This document shows, in pieces, positions 41,720-55,288 of a stretch of DNA of 64,000 nucleotides. The first letter of the stretch is position 1. The number at the start of each line of letters is the position of its first letter. Origin of the DNA: Octopus vulgaris (lineage: Eukaryota). Location: NCBI GenBank assembly GCA_951406725.2, contig OX597827.1:37386001-37450000 (forward strand), written 5' to 3'. The position numbers were made by a program, and so were the translations under genes. The notes below the pieces were generated by a model. The model made no database searches, had not been told where the DNA came from, and worked only from the letters and a program-made list of their open reading frames with translations.

Positions 41720-42025
41720 CGCTCAGTGTAGTTCAGTCTCAGATCACACTCCACCAATCAGTTCACCTAACTGTCTGTAATAGACAGTAGATCAATGTGG
41801 TTCAGACTTAGACCACAGTCCATCAACCTGTCCCCCTAACTGTCAGATCAATGTGGTTTATTTTAAGACTATAGTCTACCAATCAGTCCATTTAGCAGTC
41901 AGTAATACGTATCCGGTCAATGTGGTTCGGTTTCAGACCACAGCCATCACTCAGTCTACTGCGGTATCAGTAATAGTTACCAGAACAATGTAATTTATTT
42001 TCTGACTGTAGTTATCCAGTCAGAC
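41720..42025 (+). repeat. Degenerate minisatellite, about 5 units of ~55-70 bp
   Basis: CAATGTGGTTC..AGACCACAGTCCA..CAGT recurs at about 41725, 41793, 41849, 41918 and 41985. Confidence 0.7.
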
Positions 42026-43073
42026 TCCAGGCATTCCTTGTTTCTATACTTGTTAAGAATAACTTTTGGTGGACACATCAGAACTAGGTCTCTTTCAACA
42101 ACACCAGTACTCAATCACTACATATATCACAGAAGTAATAGTAATGTATTAATACTTCACCCTCTTTTAAGAATATTATTAATTACATCACTATCACTCT
42201 CACTGTCTCAACAAATGTTAGACTCTGTGTGGCCTCTAATGATGACACAGCTGATATAACATCATAACTAAAACTGCATTACAAGCATTATGATTCCGCA
42301 TAAACAAGTAAACATACTACAATTCTGATCCATTGCTGATTCAACAATACTCAAGTAAATACCTCACTGAATTTATTGTTTTATCTTGTACTTGTTTCAG
42401 TCTTTAGACTGTGCCCATGCAAGGATATGCCTGTGGAGGCACATGGCCTAGTGGTAGAGCAGCGGTCGAGGGATCGCGGATTCGAATCTCAGACCGGGCG
42501 ATGTGTGTGTTTATGAGCAAAAACACCTAACCTTCACGCGGCTCCGGCAGAAGGTAATGGCAAACTTCTGCTGACTCTTTCGCCACAATTTTCTTTCATT
42601 CTTTCCTCCTGCATCTTGCAGCTCAACTGCGACGGACCGGCGTCCCGTCCAGGTGGGGAACCTATATGCCAAGGAAACCGGGAGCCTGGCGTGGCTCGAG
42701 AAGGAACAAACAAGGAACAAGGGTATGCCTTGAAGGGTTTTAGTCGAACAAATGGACCCCAGTACTTGCTTTCTTTTTAAGTCTGACAATTAAAGTAGCG
42801 GTTACTTTTGACGAACTGGCAAGTCACTGGGACGTAAACAAACCAACACTGATTGTCGAGTGGAGCATCAAACGCAAACACAAGGACACACACATACATA
42901 ATGTTCATAAGCATAAATGAATACATACTGTTCTGTTTTTACCATTTTGATTTTGATTTTGTCTTGAATCCGAAAAACGAACGAAAGCGCTAATAAAGAA
43001 TTATCCAAAATTCTGACTGCCTCCTTTTTCTCAATAAACAATATTGAGAAAACTACTTCAAACTCCCTTTCTG

Positions 43074-43156
<83 letters not shown>

Positions 43157-43160
<4 letters not shown>

Positions 43161-43637
43161 TCTGCATCAAAATTCAAAATCACCGGTGATCTGGCTATGT
43201 CCACTGGGGAGCTTGACTTCCCTTGTCAGTCGTTAAAATACTGCTTCTATAGCTCGAGTTATTTTGACTCTTATTTCTAGCAATGCTGGTATTACTTAGT
43301 AGTCTCTGTCACGTTAGTGACGTCTGTAAATTTGCCACCCTAGTTTTTACTTTTACCGTTTTTGAAATCAGCGTATAAGTTCAACGGTTTTCTTATAAGC
43401 TGACAGGGTGAGGTGGGTTTAACCCTAGGCACGGTAAGAGCCACCTATGAGAATTAAGATGCTCTGCATCACACTTCGAAATCACCGGTGATCTGGCTAT
43501 GTCCTCTAGGGAGCTTGTCTCCCTTGGCAGTCATTAAGATAGTGCTTCTGTGGCTATTGAGTTGTTTTGACTCTTATTTCTAACAATGATGGTACTACTT
43601 AGTACCCTCTGTCACGTTAGTGACGTCTGTAAATTTG
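43157..43637. repeat. Direct repeat of ~180 bp with a period of ~300 bp
   Basis: ATGCTCTGCATCA..ATCACCGGTGATCTGG..GTCACGTTAGTGACGTCTGTAAATTTGC at 43157-43336 and 43459-43637. Confidence 0.85.
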
Positions 43638-43766
43638 CTTTTAAGTATTTAAATTGCTAATAAGCCACCCATATTATGTATATATATATATATGAATAAA
43701 AAATGGAGTTAACGCAGGCGTAATCAAATATTTTTACTTTCGACACATGTTTCGAAAATTCCACTC

Positions 43767-43796
<30 letters not shown>

Positions 43797-43804
<8 letters not shown>

Positions 43805-44055
43805 GTTGTATACTGTCAATCTAACATGAACGTGACAGTAGGGGGTACACCACCGCTGTTTAGCCCTAGGAAGCATCGACGCCTCCTGATGGCTTTGACA
43901 AATTTTTCCTGTGTCCTTATATACATCAGGAGGCGTCGATGCTTCCTAGGGCTAAACAGCGGTGGTGTACCCCCTACTGTCACGTTCATGTTAGATTGAC
44001 AGTATACAACCATTCTATCGCCCCACCACCGTACATATCTCTACGAGAGATTTAG

Positions 44056-44060
<5 letters not shown>
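43797..44060. repeat. Perfect 95-bp inverted repeat with a 32-nt loop and ~42-nt one-sided tail inside (TA)n
   Basis: 43797-43891 is the reverse complement of 43924-44018; mirror-image ORFs appear in the track. Confidence 0.95.
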
Positions 44061-44114
<54 letters not shown>

Positions 44115-44283
44115 CTTTGAATTGTACAACAATGCACTATAACACAAACAATGGGTTATATACCTGTTGTAATTTAGTCATCCATAGTCTGATATGATAT
44201 TTGGGAATAAAATTCCTTCTTCGGATATTCTTAGATATTCTTTACAAACAATACACAAATCTTCAAGCGAACTACAATACTCT

Positions 44284-44324
<41 letters not shown>

Positions 44325-44343
44325 GCACGCACACACACAAACA

Positions 44344-44615
44344 GTTGCAGCGCGGAAGGTATTTATGAGCCATTTAAAAACACACAAAACCGTTAGATTC
44401 ACTTCAACACTTAAATTTAATTTGCCAAAATAGTTTCGTCGTTTTGAGACCGTGACCTGTTCACTGACAAAATTCCATGAAATTTAAATGTTGAAGTGAA
44501 TCTAACGGTTTTTGTGTGTTTTTAAATGGCTTATAAACACCTTCCACGCTGCAATTGTTTTTGTTTCAGCACACGATCTCATATCAGGTCACTTGCTATG
44601 CAAGTACATCGCTGT
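44344..44615. mobile_element. Second copy of the 915-1235 fold-back family; hammerhead-like motif on minus strand at 44421-44471
   Basis: Minus strand TTTGTCA-GTGAACA-gGTC..GAC-GAAA-ctat-TT-TGGCAAA; inversion junction differs from the first copy. Confidence 0.7.
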
Positions 44616-44620
44616 ATATG

Positions 44621-44706
<86 letters not shown>

Positions 44707-45292
44707 AATATATATATATAATTTCAGCAAAACAATTTAGATTCAAAAGAATATGGTACTTAACTTAGATGCACCAGAATTTTTTATGGTATTAACCATA
44801 AAATTATATGGGGTGATTATAACCAAGAAAAAAAATATATATATATACATACATACATACACACACACATACATATATAGGCGCAGGAGTGGCTGTGTGG
44901 TCAGTACCTTGCTTACCAACCACATGGTTCCGGGTTCAGTCCCACTGCATGATACCTTGGGTAAGTGTCTTCTACTATAGCTTTGTAAGTGGATTTAGTA
45001 GACAGAAACTGAAAGAAGCCTGTCGTATATATATATGTATATATATATATGTGTGTGTGTGTGTATGCACGTGTGTTTGTGTGTCTGTGTGTGTCCCCCC
45101 AACGCTTGACACCAATGTTAGTGTGCTTACATCCCCTTAACATAGCGATTCACCAAAAGATACCGATAGAATAAGTACTAGGCTTACAAAGAATAAGTCT
45201 TGGGGTCGATTTGTTCGACTAAAGGCAGTGCTCTAGCATGGCCGCAGTCAAATGCCTGAAAGGAATAAAAGAATAAAAGAATATATTATATA

Positions 45293-45357
<65 letters not shown>

Positions 45358-45488
45358 GTATATATACAAATACATATATATATATATGTATATATACATA
45401 TACATATATATATATATATGTATATACATACATATATAAATATATAAATATATATATATATATACATGCATACATACATACACACATG

Positions 45489-45540
<52 letters not shown>

Positions 45541-45542
<2 letters not shown>

Positions 45543-46697
45543 TGAGAAAGTTGGAGTGTGAAAGCACGTGGTTGAATATATAGAAAATAGTAAAAAGTGA
45601 AAAAACTACAGAAGGCTTGTTTAAAAAGGTTAAAAAATATATATTTGAGTCATTATGTCTGAAGAATGTTATAAATTTTTTTCATACAATGACAGTTTTT
45701 GAAGAAATGACCGGTTTCGCGTTCAGCTTTTCAAATTTCTTACATCGTTATGTTTACGTTGAGAAGTGTGAAGAAAAAGTTCCAGATAAGGGGAGGTAAT
45801 AAGTGATTTCTTCCGGTCTATGGGAGATAATCGCTTAATATTTCTTGCCTTTTTTTGGGAGTGAGTGTCTCTGTATAAGAATGTTGGAATGGTTAAGTTT
45901 GGGCTTGTATTTTTCAATGGAGAATGTTTCCTTGTTTAGTCTAATTTGTGTTGGTGTTCCGATAGCACATTGGTAAAATGGAAATATTAAAAATTGTGGT
46001 AGTAGTTGCTTTGCGCATTTCTCAATGTGCTCACTAAAGGGTATCATTCTGTATTCTGGGAATGCAATCTGTTGTCGATGCAGTGTGCATCTACGTCGGA
46101 GTGATAGTCCCGTGGACCCCACGTAGTTTTGGTGGCATCCCGAGCATCTTATGACATAAATTATGTTTTCAGAGGCACAAGTAAAATTAGATTTGATCGT
46201 GAATTTCTGTCCCTCTTTGAAGAGGAATTCTGATCCTTCTAGCAGGTTTGGACATGTTGCACAGTTCGGTCTACCACATTTTTTTACTTTTGCATCTGTA
46301 ATTTCAGAAAACAATTTTGCCTTTGTGAGAATCTTTTTAAGTGATTTAGGTTGTTTGTAGCTTTTAATGATTTGGTGTATGTTTAGAATTTTCTTAATAT
46401 TTAATATAGAAATTTAGAAAAAGGCAAGAAATATTAAGAAATATTAAGCGATTATCTCCCTTACACCGGAAGAAATCACTTATTACCTCCCCTTATCTGG
46501 AACTCTACTTCACACTTCTCAACGTAAACATAACGATGTAAGAAATTTGAAAATTTGAACGCGAATCCGGTCATTTCTTCAAAAATTATGTCATTGTATG
46601 AAAAAAATTTATAACATTCTTCAGACATAATGACTCAAATATATATTTTCTAACCTTTTAAAACAAGCCTTCTGTAGTTTTTTTACTTTTTACTATT

Positions 46698-46702
<5 letters not shown>
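45541..46702 (-). mobile_element. 5'-truncated Penelope-like element with a GIY-YIG ORF and an inverted 5' copy of its terminal repeat
   Basis: CGRPNCATC..FTCASENIIYVIRCSGCHQNYVGSTG..IFPFY..PKLN; about 45577-45855 is inverted at about 46418-46702; ~35-nt one-sided tail; flanked by (TA)n. Confidence 0.85.
45702..45741 (-). ncRNA. Minimal hammerhead-like motif, U3-A8 core variant
   Basis: AAGAAAT-TTGAAAA-GCtgaacGC-GAAA-CCGG-TC-ATTTCTT with a 7-bp stem I. Confidence 0.6.
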
Positions 46703-46753
<51 letters not shown>

Positions 46754-46789
46754 GCATACATACATACATACATATATATATATATACAC

Positions 46790-46821
<32 letters not shown>

Positions 46822-46833
46822 GTATGTACAATG

Positions 46834-46934
<101 letters not shown>

Positions 46935-47185
46935 GTTTCCCTTTTAATAGCTTCACTATAAATAGTTTCACTATGCATATATTAGATACATATTGATGTT
47001 ATTGTTTAACTTTTGACACGTAATACCAAAACAGTCTAAGAGATTGCTCCGGCAAAAAGTCGAAAATTGTTTTAGCCCATGACACCGCATAGACTGAAAG
47101 TAGTGTGTGTTTGTGTAAGATTTGAATGAAACCGGTTGGGTAGTTCTCGAGTTATGGTGATGCACACATACAGACAGACAGATAG

Positions 47186-47226
<41 letters not shown>

Positions 47227-47695
47227 TTGTCTCCTTCCTCCTCCTTCCTAACTTTACCATTATTGCTATTTAGAATAATACCTATGCAAACTTTATTTAC
47301 AAAACATTGAAAAGAGTTGTTTCATGCATTCAACAATTACTCCTACCATCCACAACGGGTCATTTTCGGGGCAGTTGACCATTCAACATACTACTCTCAT
47401 AGCAATCCCACATTCTTCTTCTTCTTCTTCTTCTTCTTCTTCTTCTTCTTCTTCTTCTTCTTCTTCTTCTCCTCCTCCTCCTCATCCTCATCCTTCTCCT
47501 CCTTCTTCTTCTTCTTCTTCTTCTTCTTCTTCTTCCCTACCAAGAATTCACAACGACCTCGAACCCACAAGAGTAAATAAGAGAGACAGAGACAGGCAGA
47601 AACAAGGAAAATGCCACTTGTAATTTGAACACTATGCAAATATTCTTTGAAAAATCTTTTCTTTTAACTTTTCAAAAATGTAATTGTTTTCCATA

Positions 47696-47740
47696 CTTAC
47701 AGTTGAAAAAGTCTCAATGACTGAAACCGGTACTAAAATG
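47696..47740 (+). ncRNA. Hammerhead-like motif, U3-A8 core variant with a weak stem I
   Basis: AG-TTGAAAA-AGTCtcaatGACT-GAAA-CCGG-TA-CT. Confidence 0.45.
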
Positions 47741-48539
47741 TTTTTTATAAAATTATTTTAGCATTTTCTATCTTGACTTTTTTCCACATATATATAATAC
47801 AATATGGGACAAGAACGCAAAACATCCGGACAGCTAGGTGATACAAAAAGAGACAACAAAACATCCAGTTAGACGATACAAAGAAAACAAGGACGGGTCA
47901 TTCGAAGTTTTCTTTCTTCAGTCATGCACCAGATGATCCTCGCAATTTCGGCTGATTATTCTTGAGATTGCTCCAATCTGGCCAGCCCCAAGGAATAATT
48001 AAACTAAGAGCATTAGATTCCTTGGAAGAATGCAGCGAATGTAAACAAAAACAAGGACGCAAAGAACGGACAATGTTACAGAAATATAAATACAATAAAA
48101 ATAATAAAAATAATAACAGGACATAACAACAGGTGTCTTTCGACTGAGGACGAATTGAATTAAGCTGGCGCGTGTGGAAATGAAGCCTTACGGCAGAGAT
48201 ACAAAAGTTTCACATACATAGGGAAGAATATCGATGTTGCACGGACCACAGTCAGACCAAGAAAGAAAGAACAGGCTTGGCCGATCGGTCACGTAGGAAG
48301 AGAAGAGAAAGAAGTAGAAGCAGATGGACAGAAGAATTAAGGAGGGGCGAGAAGAAAATGACAGGGACACAGTGAAGTGAAAAGTGGAGGGAAAGTGAGT
48401 AAGAAGAGAAGGCAAAGAAATGTGAGCGAGGGGGAACGAAAGAACGAAGAGTGGAATGAACGAATAAGCGTGAAAGGGCTGATAGAAATTAGAGTCGTAT
48501 AAGATTTTGAAAAATGTGTACTTAAATTTAAGAGAACAA

Positions 48540-48590
<51 letters not shown>

Positions 48591-50004
48591 GAAGGGCTTC
48601 CACATAGTTTTCGTCTGGCAAGTTTCCTCATAATTCATTGGTTACTCCGAGGTTATAGTAGACACCTGTGCAAAGTGCTGCACAGTGGAACTGAACTTGC
48701 AACAACAAGGCTGCAAAACGAGTTTCTTAACCATACAGTTATGCTATTAAACATATCAGGGATGGCGCTTCTGCACTTCTGTGATTCCGAAGACTAAACC
48801 AGCGAGTGACATACACCTAGTAAGTCCAACCAGCTTTCAGAGTAGAAGCTGATGAAAAACGGTATTCGGCTCTGTAGACTGGAGGTGAACTTACGGCAAA
48901 TGAAAGTCATTAATCGCAGTCTTCTTTTGCATAAGGAATGAAGAAGACCCATTAAGTATTGTATAATGCAGCTTATCTATCTATGATTGTACGTGAAACA
49001 TTCCCGACCTTCACCCATCTAACACGCTTTCTTTAAATACTTCAAACAATTTCTTACACCGACCTTTGTAAATCGCAACCAAACTTCCTTCAAATCACAC
49101 AATACCAGCCAACATTAGGAAAGTACTCACTGGACAATGTAGTGTTTTTTTTATATATAAGAAGGGAAAACAATACACATTCAGACATACATACATACAT
49201 ACGTACAAATATGTGTGTGGATGTATGTATGTATGTATGGTCGTATATGGGCGTCTAAACATATAGACACAGATAATACATACTTAAATAGATACACACA
49301 TATGCATATCAAAGCATATATAAACACATATATACATGTATCTATCATGTATATTTGTGTATACATGCATGTATGAGAAAAAGAGGAGGAAGGGAGATGA
49401 GAATGGTATGTGAGAAAGGAAAAAAGAGTGTGAGAGACAAAGACAGGGACAGAGAGAGAAGGGTGAAAGAGAAACACAGAATGAAAGGAAACGAAAAGAA
49501 GTTTGTTAAAAAAAATAACGTTTTAATTCCACAGAGAAAGAGGTAAATTCAAAGCTATTAAAAAGTATTATTCCCAGGCCCTACCTAAATAGATTGTTAT
49601 TTAGTTGTTTGTTCAGTTTATTCAACATTCAATTGAAATGACTAATCATGGCAATTAAATTGATAATTAAGAAGGACGTAAGAGGAACATGATAAAAATA
49701 GACAAAGAGGCAAAAATATGGGTGTATGGTTAAGAAACAGCATCGTGTCGTTCAGTATGCTGTCTAGTAAATTAGTCTCTTTCCACTTATATTCTTTTCT
49801 ACTCTAGGCACAAGGCCTGAAATTTTTAGGGAGGGAGCCAGTCGATTACTTCGACCCAGTATGCAACTGGCACTCAATTTATTGATCCCGAAAGGATGAA
49901 AGGCAAAGTTGACCCCTCGGCGGAATTTGAACTCAGAACGTAGCGGCAGACGAAATACCTATTTCTTTACTACCCACAAGGAGCTAAACACAGAGAGGAC
50001 AAAC

Positions 50005-52012
50005 AGTGGATCGGCGTTGGCGCTATACCTGGAAATGGAAGAGAAGGACCCGTTGAGCGCAGAAAAAATAGAAGGCCGGCTGATGGAGGCTTTCACAGAA
50101 GGGCCATTTATGGCATATGGTCGACTCGGGAAACAAAGTAGATGGGCGAACAGGTCGATGTGTTTGCCAATGAAATCAGGAGATTGGCTAGACTCGTGGG
50201 ATATAGAGATGGCGCGTTAGAACAAACCGTAATATTAGCCTTTGTGACAGAATTTCCTGACCACGTGTTGGTCGAGCTGCAAAAGCTGCCGAACATTCAC
50301 TCTATTGCAATGGGAGAGGTAATATCTCGGGCCAGAGCCATCGTATCGTGTTGCAGGACGACACCTTTGGCAGCGACTGCAACACCGAGAAGGGGTCGAA
50401 CAAAGAGCTGGATGCCGCGCTGAAAGGACTGAACCTGACGCTGAGGTGGGGGCTGCGTAACATCGATATCCAGACCGATTCGGCCACTGTACTTAAATGG
50501 GTGGGATCAGTGATCACATGCGAGCGGAGGGTGCGAACCAAAGGGGGTGCAGAGATGCTGATAAAACGCTGTCTGGGAATCCTGGGCGAGCTAGCTGGCG
50601 AGTTTGACCTGAGGCTGAGTGTGGTTTTTGTGCCCTGAGAGAGGAATAGAGTGGACGTCCTGACCAGAGTAAAGAAAGCCTAGTTGCAGGTGCCAGAGGA
50701 TCTGGAGCAAGGAGTGGCTGCGGTGTGTCGACTGAGTGACTCGGAGCTGAGGAGATTGCATACCATGCATTACATGGGGATGGACAGGACCCTGTTCCTA
50801 GCCAAGAAAGTTGACTCTGACGTGACCAGGGTGTGCATAAGGCAGGAAGCATTCCTGTGGAACACAACTGGAAACGACTGGCAGTGGACGGGACGCACTA
50901 CCGGCAGGGAATACACCTCTCGATGGTCGACTGCGGACCGGGCGGTTGGCCATATGGAGGAAGATGAAGACGGGGACCGGGGAGGAAATCACAAGAATAC
51001 TGAATGAGATATTCCTAGAACGAGGCCCTGTGGATGAGCTGCTTGTGGACAATGGCACTACGTTTCGCTCGGTTGTGCTGGGGGAAATGCTCGACAAGTG
51101 GCATGTCAACCGTTTCTTCAGGGTGGCATACCGGCCAAGTGGCAATGGGGTTGTGGAGAGGCATCATTGTACCATCAAGACCATAGCAGAGAAGGGCCAT
51201 ATCTCACCGGTCGAGACCATTTTTTGGTATAATATGTCGCCCAGGACGGGACAGGCTGAGGAGTCAGTGTCACACGGGGCAATATTCAAGTACGAGTGGA
51301 GGCATCCATGTACTGCATCGCCGCATCCCGCAGGAGAGAAAGAGCATGCCTTTGTGCAGGTCGGAGAAGAAGTCTGGGTTAAGCCCCCAAATGCGTGGTG
51401 CACATCACAGTGGGGGGAAAGGGGACAATAACCTCTGTGAATTCGAGGAACAACGTATGTGTGCAGGATCATCACTGCGACGGAGGATGGGGCCAACAGT
51501 ATTGAACAAGATGACGAAACCGGCAAGAATATGCCAGGAACTGAGGCCAGTCCTGAAGTCCCACGGAGGTCACAGAAGGCGCGGTGCCCTCCTCGCTGGT
51601 TATGAGACAAGTTAGGGCGTGTGGTCGGGGTTGAGAAGAGGGCGTGGGCAGGTTGGTTGAATGATCTTCAGATCAGGGTGGTATGTGGTGTTATAAGCCA
51701 GGATGTGTTGTAGGGAAGGATCGGAAGTGAGGGAATAGTCATGTCCTGTTGGAAGTGGGGCCTGTGGATCTCACCGGAAGTGCCGCGGTGGACATGCAGC
51801 ATCAGTGAAGCACGATGGGCCAGTTGGCGGCGGACAGCACATCAGAGCGGATGTGTGAGACTGTACAGCGACGGATAGCACACGTGGACGGGCAGTGAAA
51901 CTTGGAGATCGAGACAGCACGTGGATGTTGAAAGTGACCTTTTTTCCGGACCGACAGGTAAGACTGCCGTAATTCTCTCTTTGCTTCCGTCGTTTTCTTC
52001 CTTTACATCACA
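50005..52012 (+). mobile_element. Internally deleted Gypsy-like LTR retrotransposon (gag, RNase H and integrase remnants, 3' LTR 51684-52012)
   Basis: ELDAALKGL..IQTDS (RNase H); ELLVDNGTTF..AYRPSGNGVVER (integrase); purine-rich tract followed by TGTGGTGT...ACATCACA. Confidence 0.85.
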
Positions 52013-52455
52013 AAATACTATCACACAGAAAAAGTACAGAAAAATACTAACACACAGAAGCGCAGAAAAATATGTGATATACTAACACAGAAAAATTAAA
52101 ACACGCGGATGAAATCAACATGGACAACAGCGGCACAGGCAACAGTGAACCACAACACAATGTGCGGGTGTCGTCGTAACAAGATGCTAATGCCCCGATG
52201 TCTGTTGATTGGCTAAAATTACCCAAATTTACCAATTCTAATTCCAAATAACATCAGATTCTTTAATTTACGAGATAAAGTAATTGATTGATCGTAATCA
52301 AAGTTCATTGTTGCATCGATACACCAAAATTGAAAGCAATCTGAGCAAAATTAAGTGGGAATCATTTTGCTTGTGAGAAAGACTAGATATAAAAATAATG
52401 TTAGCCATGCTCTGTGATATACTTCCTCGACAATACGACCATCTCTCTCTCTCTC

Positions 52456-52519
<64 letters not shown>

Positions 52520-53113
52520 ACACAAACATACACTCACACACGCGTGTGCGCATAAACTGTGAATCTAAAGTATTTTTCTACTCGATGACCTCAGTGTTTT
52601 TGTTCTTGTCAGTTGAAAAGGGATTGGCTGCTGAAGGCTGCTCTCATTATAGGCGACGAGCTGGCAGAATCGTTAGCACGCCGGGCGAAATGCTTAGAAA
52701 CCTTTCGTCTGCCGCTACGTCCTGAGTTCAAATTCCGCCGAGATCATCCTTTCATCCTTTCGGGGTCGATAAACTAAGTACCAGTTACGCACTGGGGTTG
52801 ATGTAATCGACTGTCCCCCTCCCCAAATTTCAGGCCTTGTGCCTATAGTAAAAAGGATTATGATAATTATGTTGCTTTTGATTAAAGCGGCGATAATGAT
52901 GTTACTCTTTTTACTCTTTTACTTGTTTCAGTCAGTTGACTGCGGCCATGCTGGAGCACCGCCTTTAGTCGAGCAAATCGACCCGGGACTTATTCTTTGT
53001 AAGCCCAGTACTTATTCTATCGATCTCTTTTGCCGAACCGCTAAGTGACAGGGACGTAAACACACCAGCATCGACTGTCAAGCAATGCTAGGGGGACAAA
53101 CACAGACACACAA

Positions 53114-53158
<45 letters not shown>

Positions 53159-53876
53159 TACGACAGGCTTCTTTCAGTTTCCGTCTACCAAATCCACTCA
53201 CAAGGCATTGGTCGGCCCGGGGCTATAGCAGAAGACACTTGCCCAAGATGAACCCGGAACCATGTGGTTGGTTAGCAAGCTACTTACCACACAGCCACTC
53301 CTGCGCCTATGTTAATGAAGGTAAGAAAAGAAATATACAAAAGAAGAAAAACAAAAAGAAAAGACAGGAAGTAATTTACTAATTTTCTTTCAGGGTCAAA
53401 TGTTTGATGTGAATGCTTTTTTTTTTTACAAACAACGTGTGAATGTAAATTTGATCTAAAACTCGCGCGTACACACACACCACACATACACACATACATA
53501 CACACGCTCGTGTGCAATCGACTTAATCTCTTACCCCAAAACTTGAGGCCTTGTTTTTCCAGTAGAAAGGATTTATTAAAGGTAAAAACGTATGACACGC
53601 TGACATTCACATTTATTATATTGGTTACGTTCAATTTGGGGGAAACTTTATTTCATGTGTGTGTGTGTGTGTAGTAAAGAAAGCAAAAAATAAAACAAAA
53701 ATGATAGTGTTCAGTATGTTGGCCACAGGAATTTCTGACAAATGGTTAAACGAAGTTGTACATCATCTCCTTTTTTCTCTCACATACCCACTCTTTCTCT
53801 ATCCTTTATTATTACTCTCACTGCTCCGATCAATACTACTACTTTGAATAAAAGATCAACTCTCTAAATTTTTTTG

Positions 53877-53921
<45 letters not shown>

Positions 53922-54294
53922 GTGTCTTTGCCACCGCCCTCACCGCCTCTATGCTTATTATTACTCTCATCCCATCATGGGGAATAGTAGGAGTGTCGCT
54001 GAATAGTGAGTGAAGGGGGTCTATGTGTGACACACTGACACACAGAAATTATTTTTGCATTTATTATATTAGATGTTATACACTGTTGTAGCCATTGTAA
54101 GAATTTTGCTACAGCAATTATTGATAATTGAAATACCAATGGGAAAGTACAGTAATTTCAATATATATAGTGGGTGTAGGATTTCTGTTTCCGTCCCATT
54201 GCGTGGTACATTGTGGCAGATGTCTTCTGTTATAGCCCCGGCCTAATCAAATCCCTGAGAATCGATTTTGTGGACGGAAACTGAAAGAATCTCG

Positions 54295-54341
<47 letters not shown>

Positions 54342-54443
54342 CATACATATATATATAAAGTTAATCCAAACAAGAAAACAAAAAGACAACAACGCGAGGA
54401 TGTGGAACAAATAAAGTATTATTGGGCGCTCAGGAAAGAAGGG

Positions 54444-54538
<95 letters not shown>

Positions 54539-55242
54539 CATATGGGGGGGTAGTTTGTGGGTGTGAGCGGGTGGGTGGGTTTTGGCACTGTATTAGTGTT
54601 TGTGTTTGTCCTACGGATTACCGGTGTTGTTTTGTTTATGCCTCTGTAACTTAGCGGCTCGGCAAAAAGAAACCCGATGGAACAAGTTCCAGGCCTTAAA
54701 AATAAGTACTGGGGTCAATTCTTTCGACTAAAACCTTCCAAGGTGGTGTCCCAACAAGCCGCAGTCCAGTGACTGATATAAGTAAAAGATAAAAAAAATT
54801 AACTAAACTCAATATTTGCCAGGTACAGTGATAAAGAAATCTTATAGAAATATGCAAGAAATGTTCAGGTATTGCCCACATAATTTAATTGCAATTATTG
54901 TGCTTCATGGAGGGCTTCATTTCTAGGCAAATTTCTCCTCATTCATTATTTATCAACAATCAGTTTATTCTTCGGCCAAAATATTCGAATCCGGACCAGT
55001 TACTGAGTTTCTATAAATTTCAAGTCAAGCCTACTCTGAGGTACTTGTTAACTATTTTGGACATTACTGTTACTATATGAATATACACGCGCACACGCAC
55101 ACACGCACACACGCACACACACACCTCATTGATTACATTTGAAAGAAACCTATCATATTACATTTAGCTTCTCGAGGCTGTCTTTCATCTGTCATCTGTC
55201 TGTATGCGGGTCCATCTCTCCCTCAGTTTCTCCCTTTCTCCC

Positions 55243-55288
<46 letters not shown>

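Noticed and set aside
43195-43245. Twister-like words on the minus strand (TAA...GTCAAGC...GAC)
   Set aside because: The P2 helix that must follow UAA cannot be formed in either repeat copy.
43802-44013. Two 65-aa ORFs with the same N-terminus on opposite strands
   Set aside because: This follows directly from the perfect inverted repeat.
47317-47639. Poly-F, poly-S and poly-K ORFs
   Set aside because: They derive from a (TTC)n/(TCC)n microsatellite.
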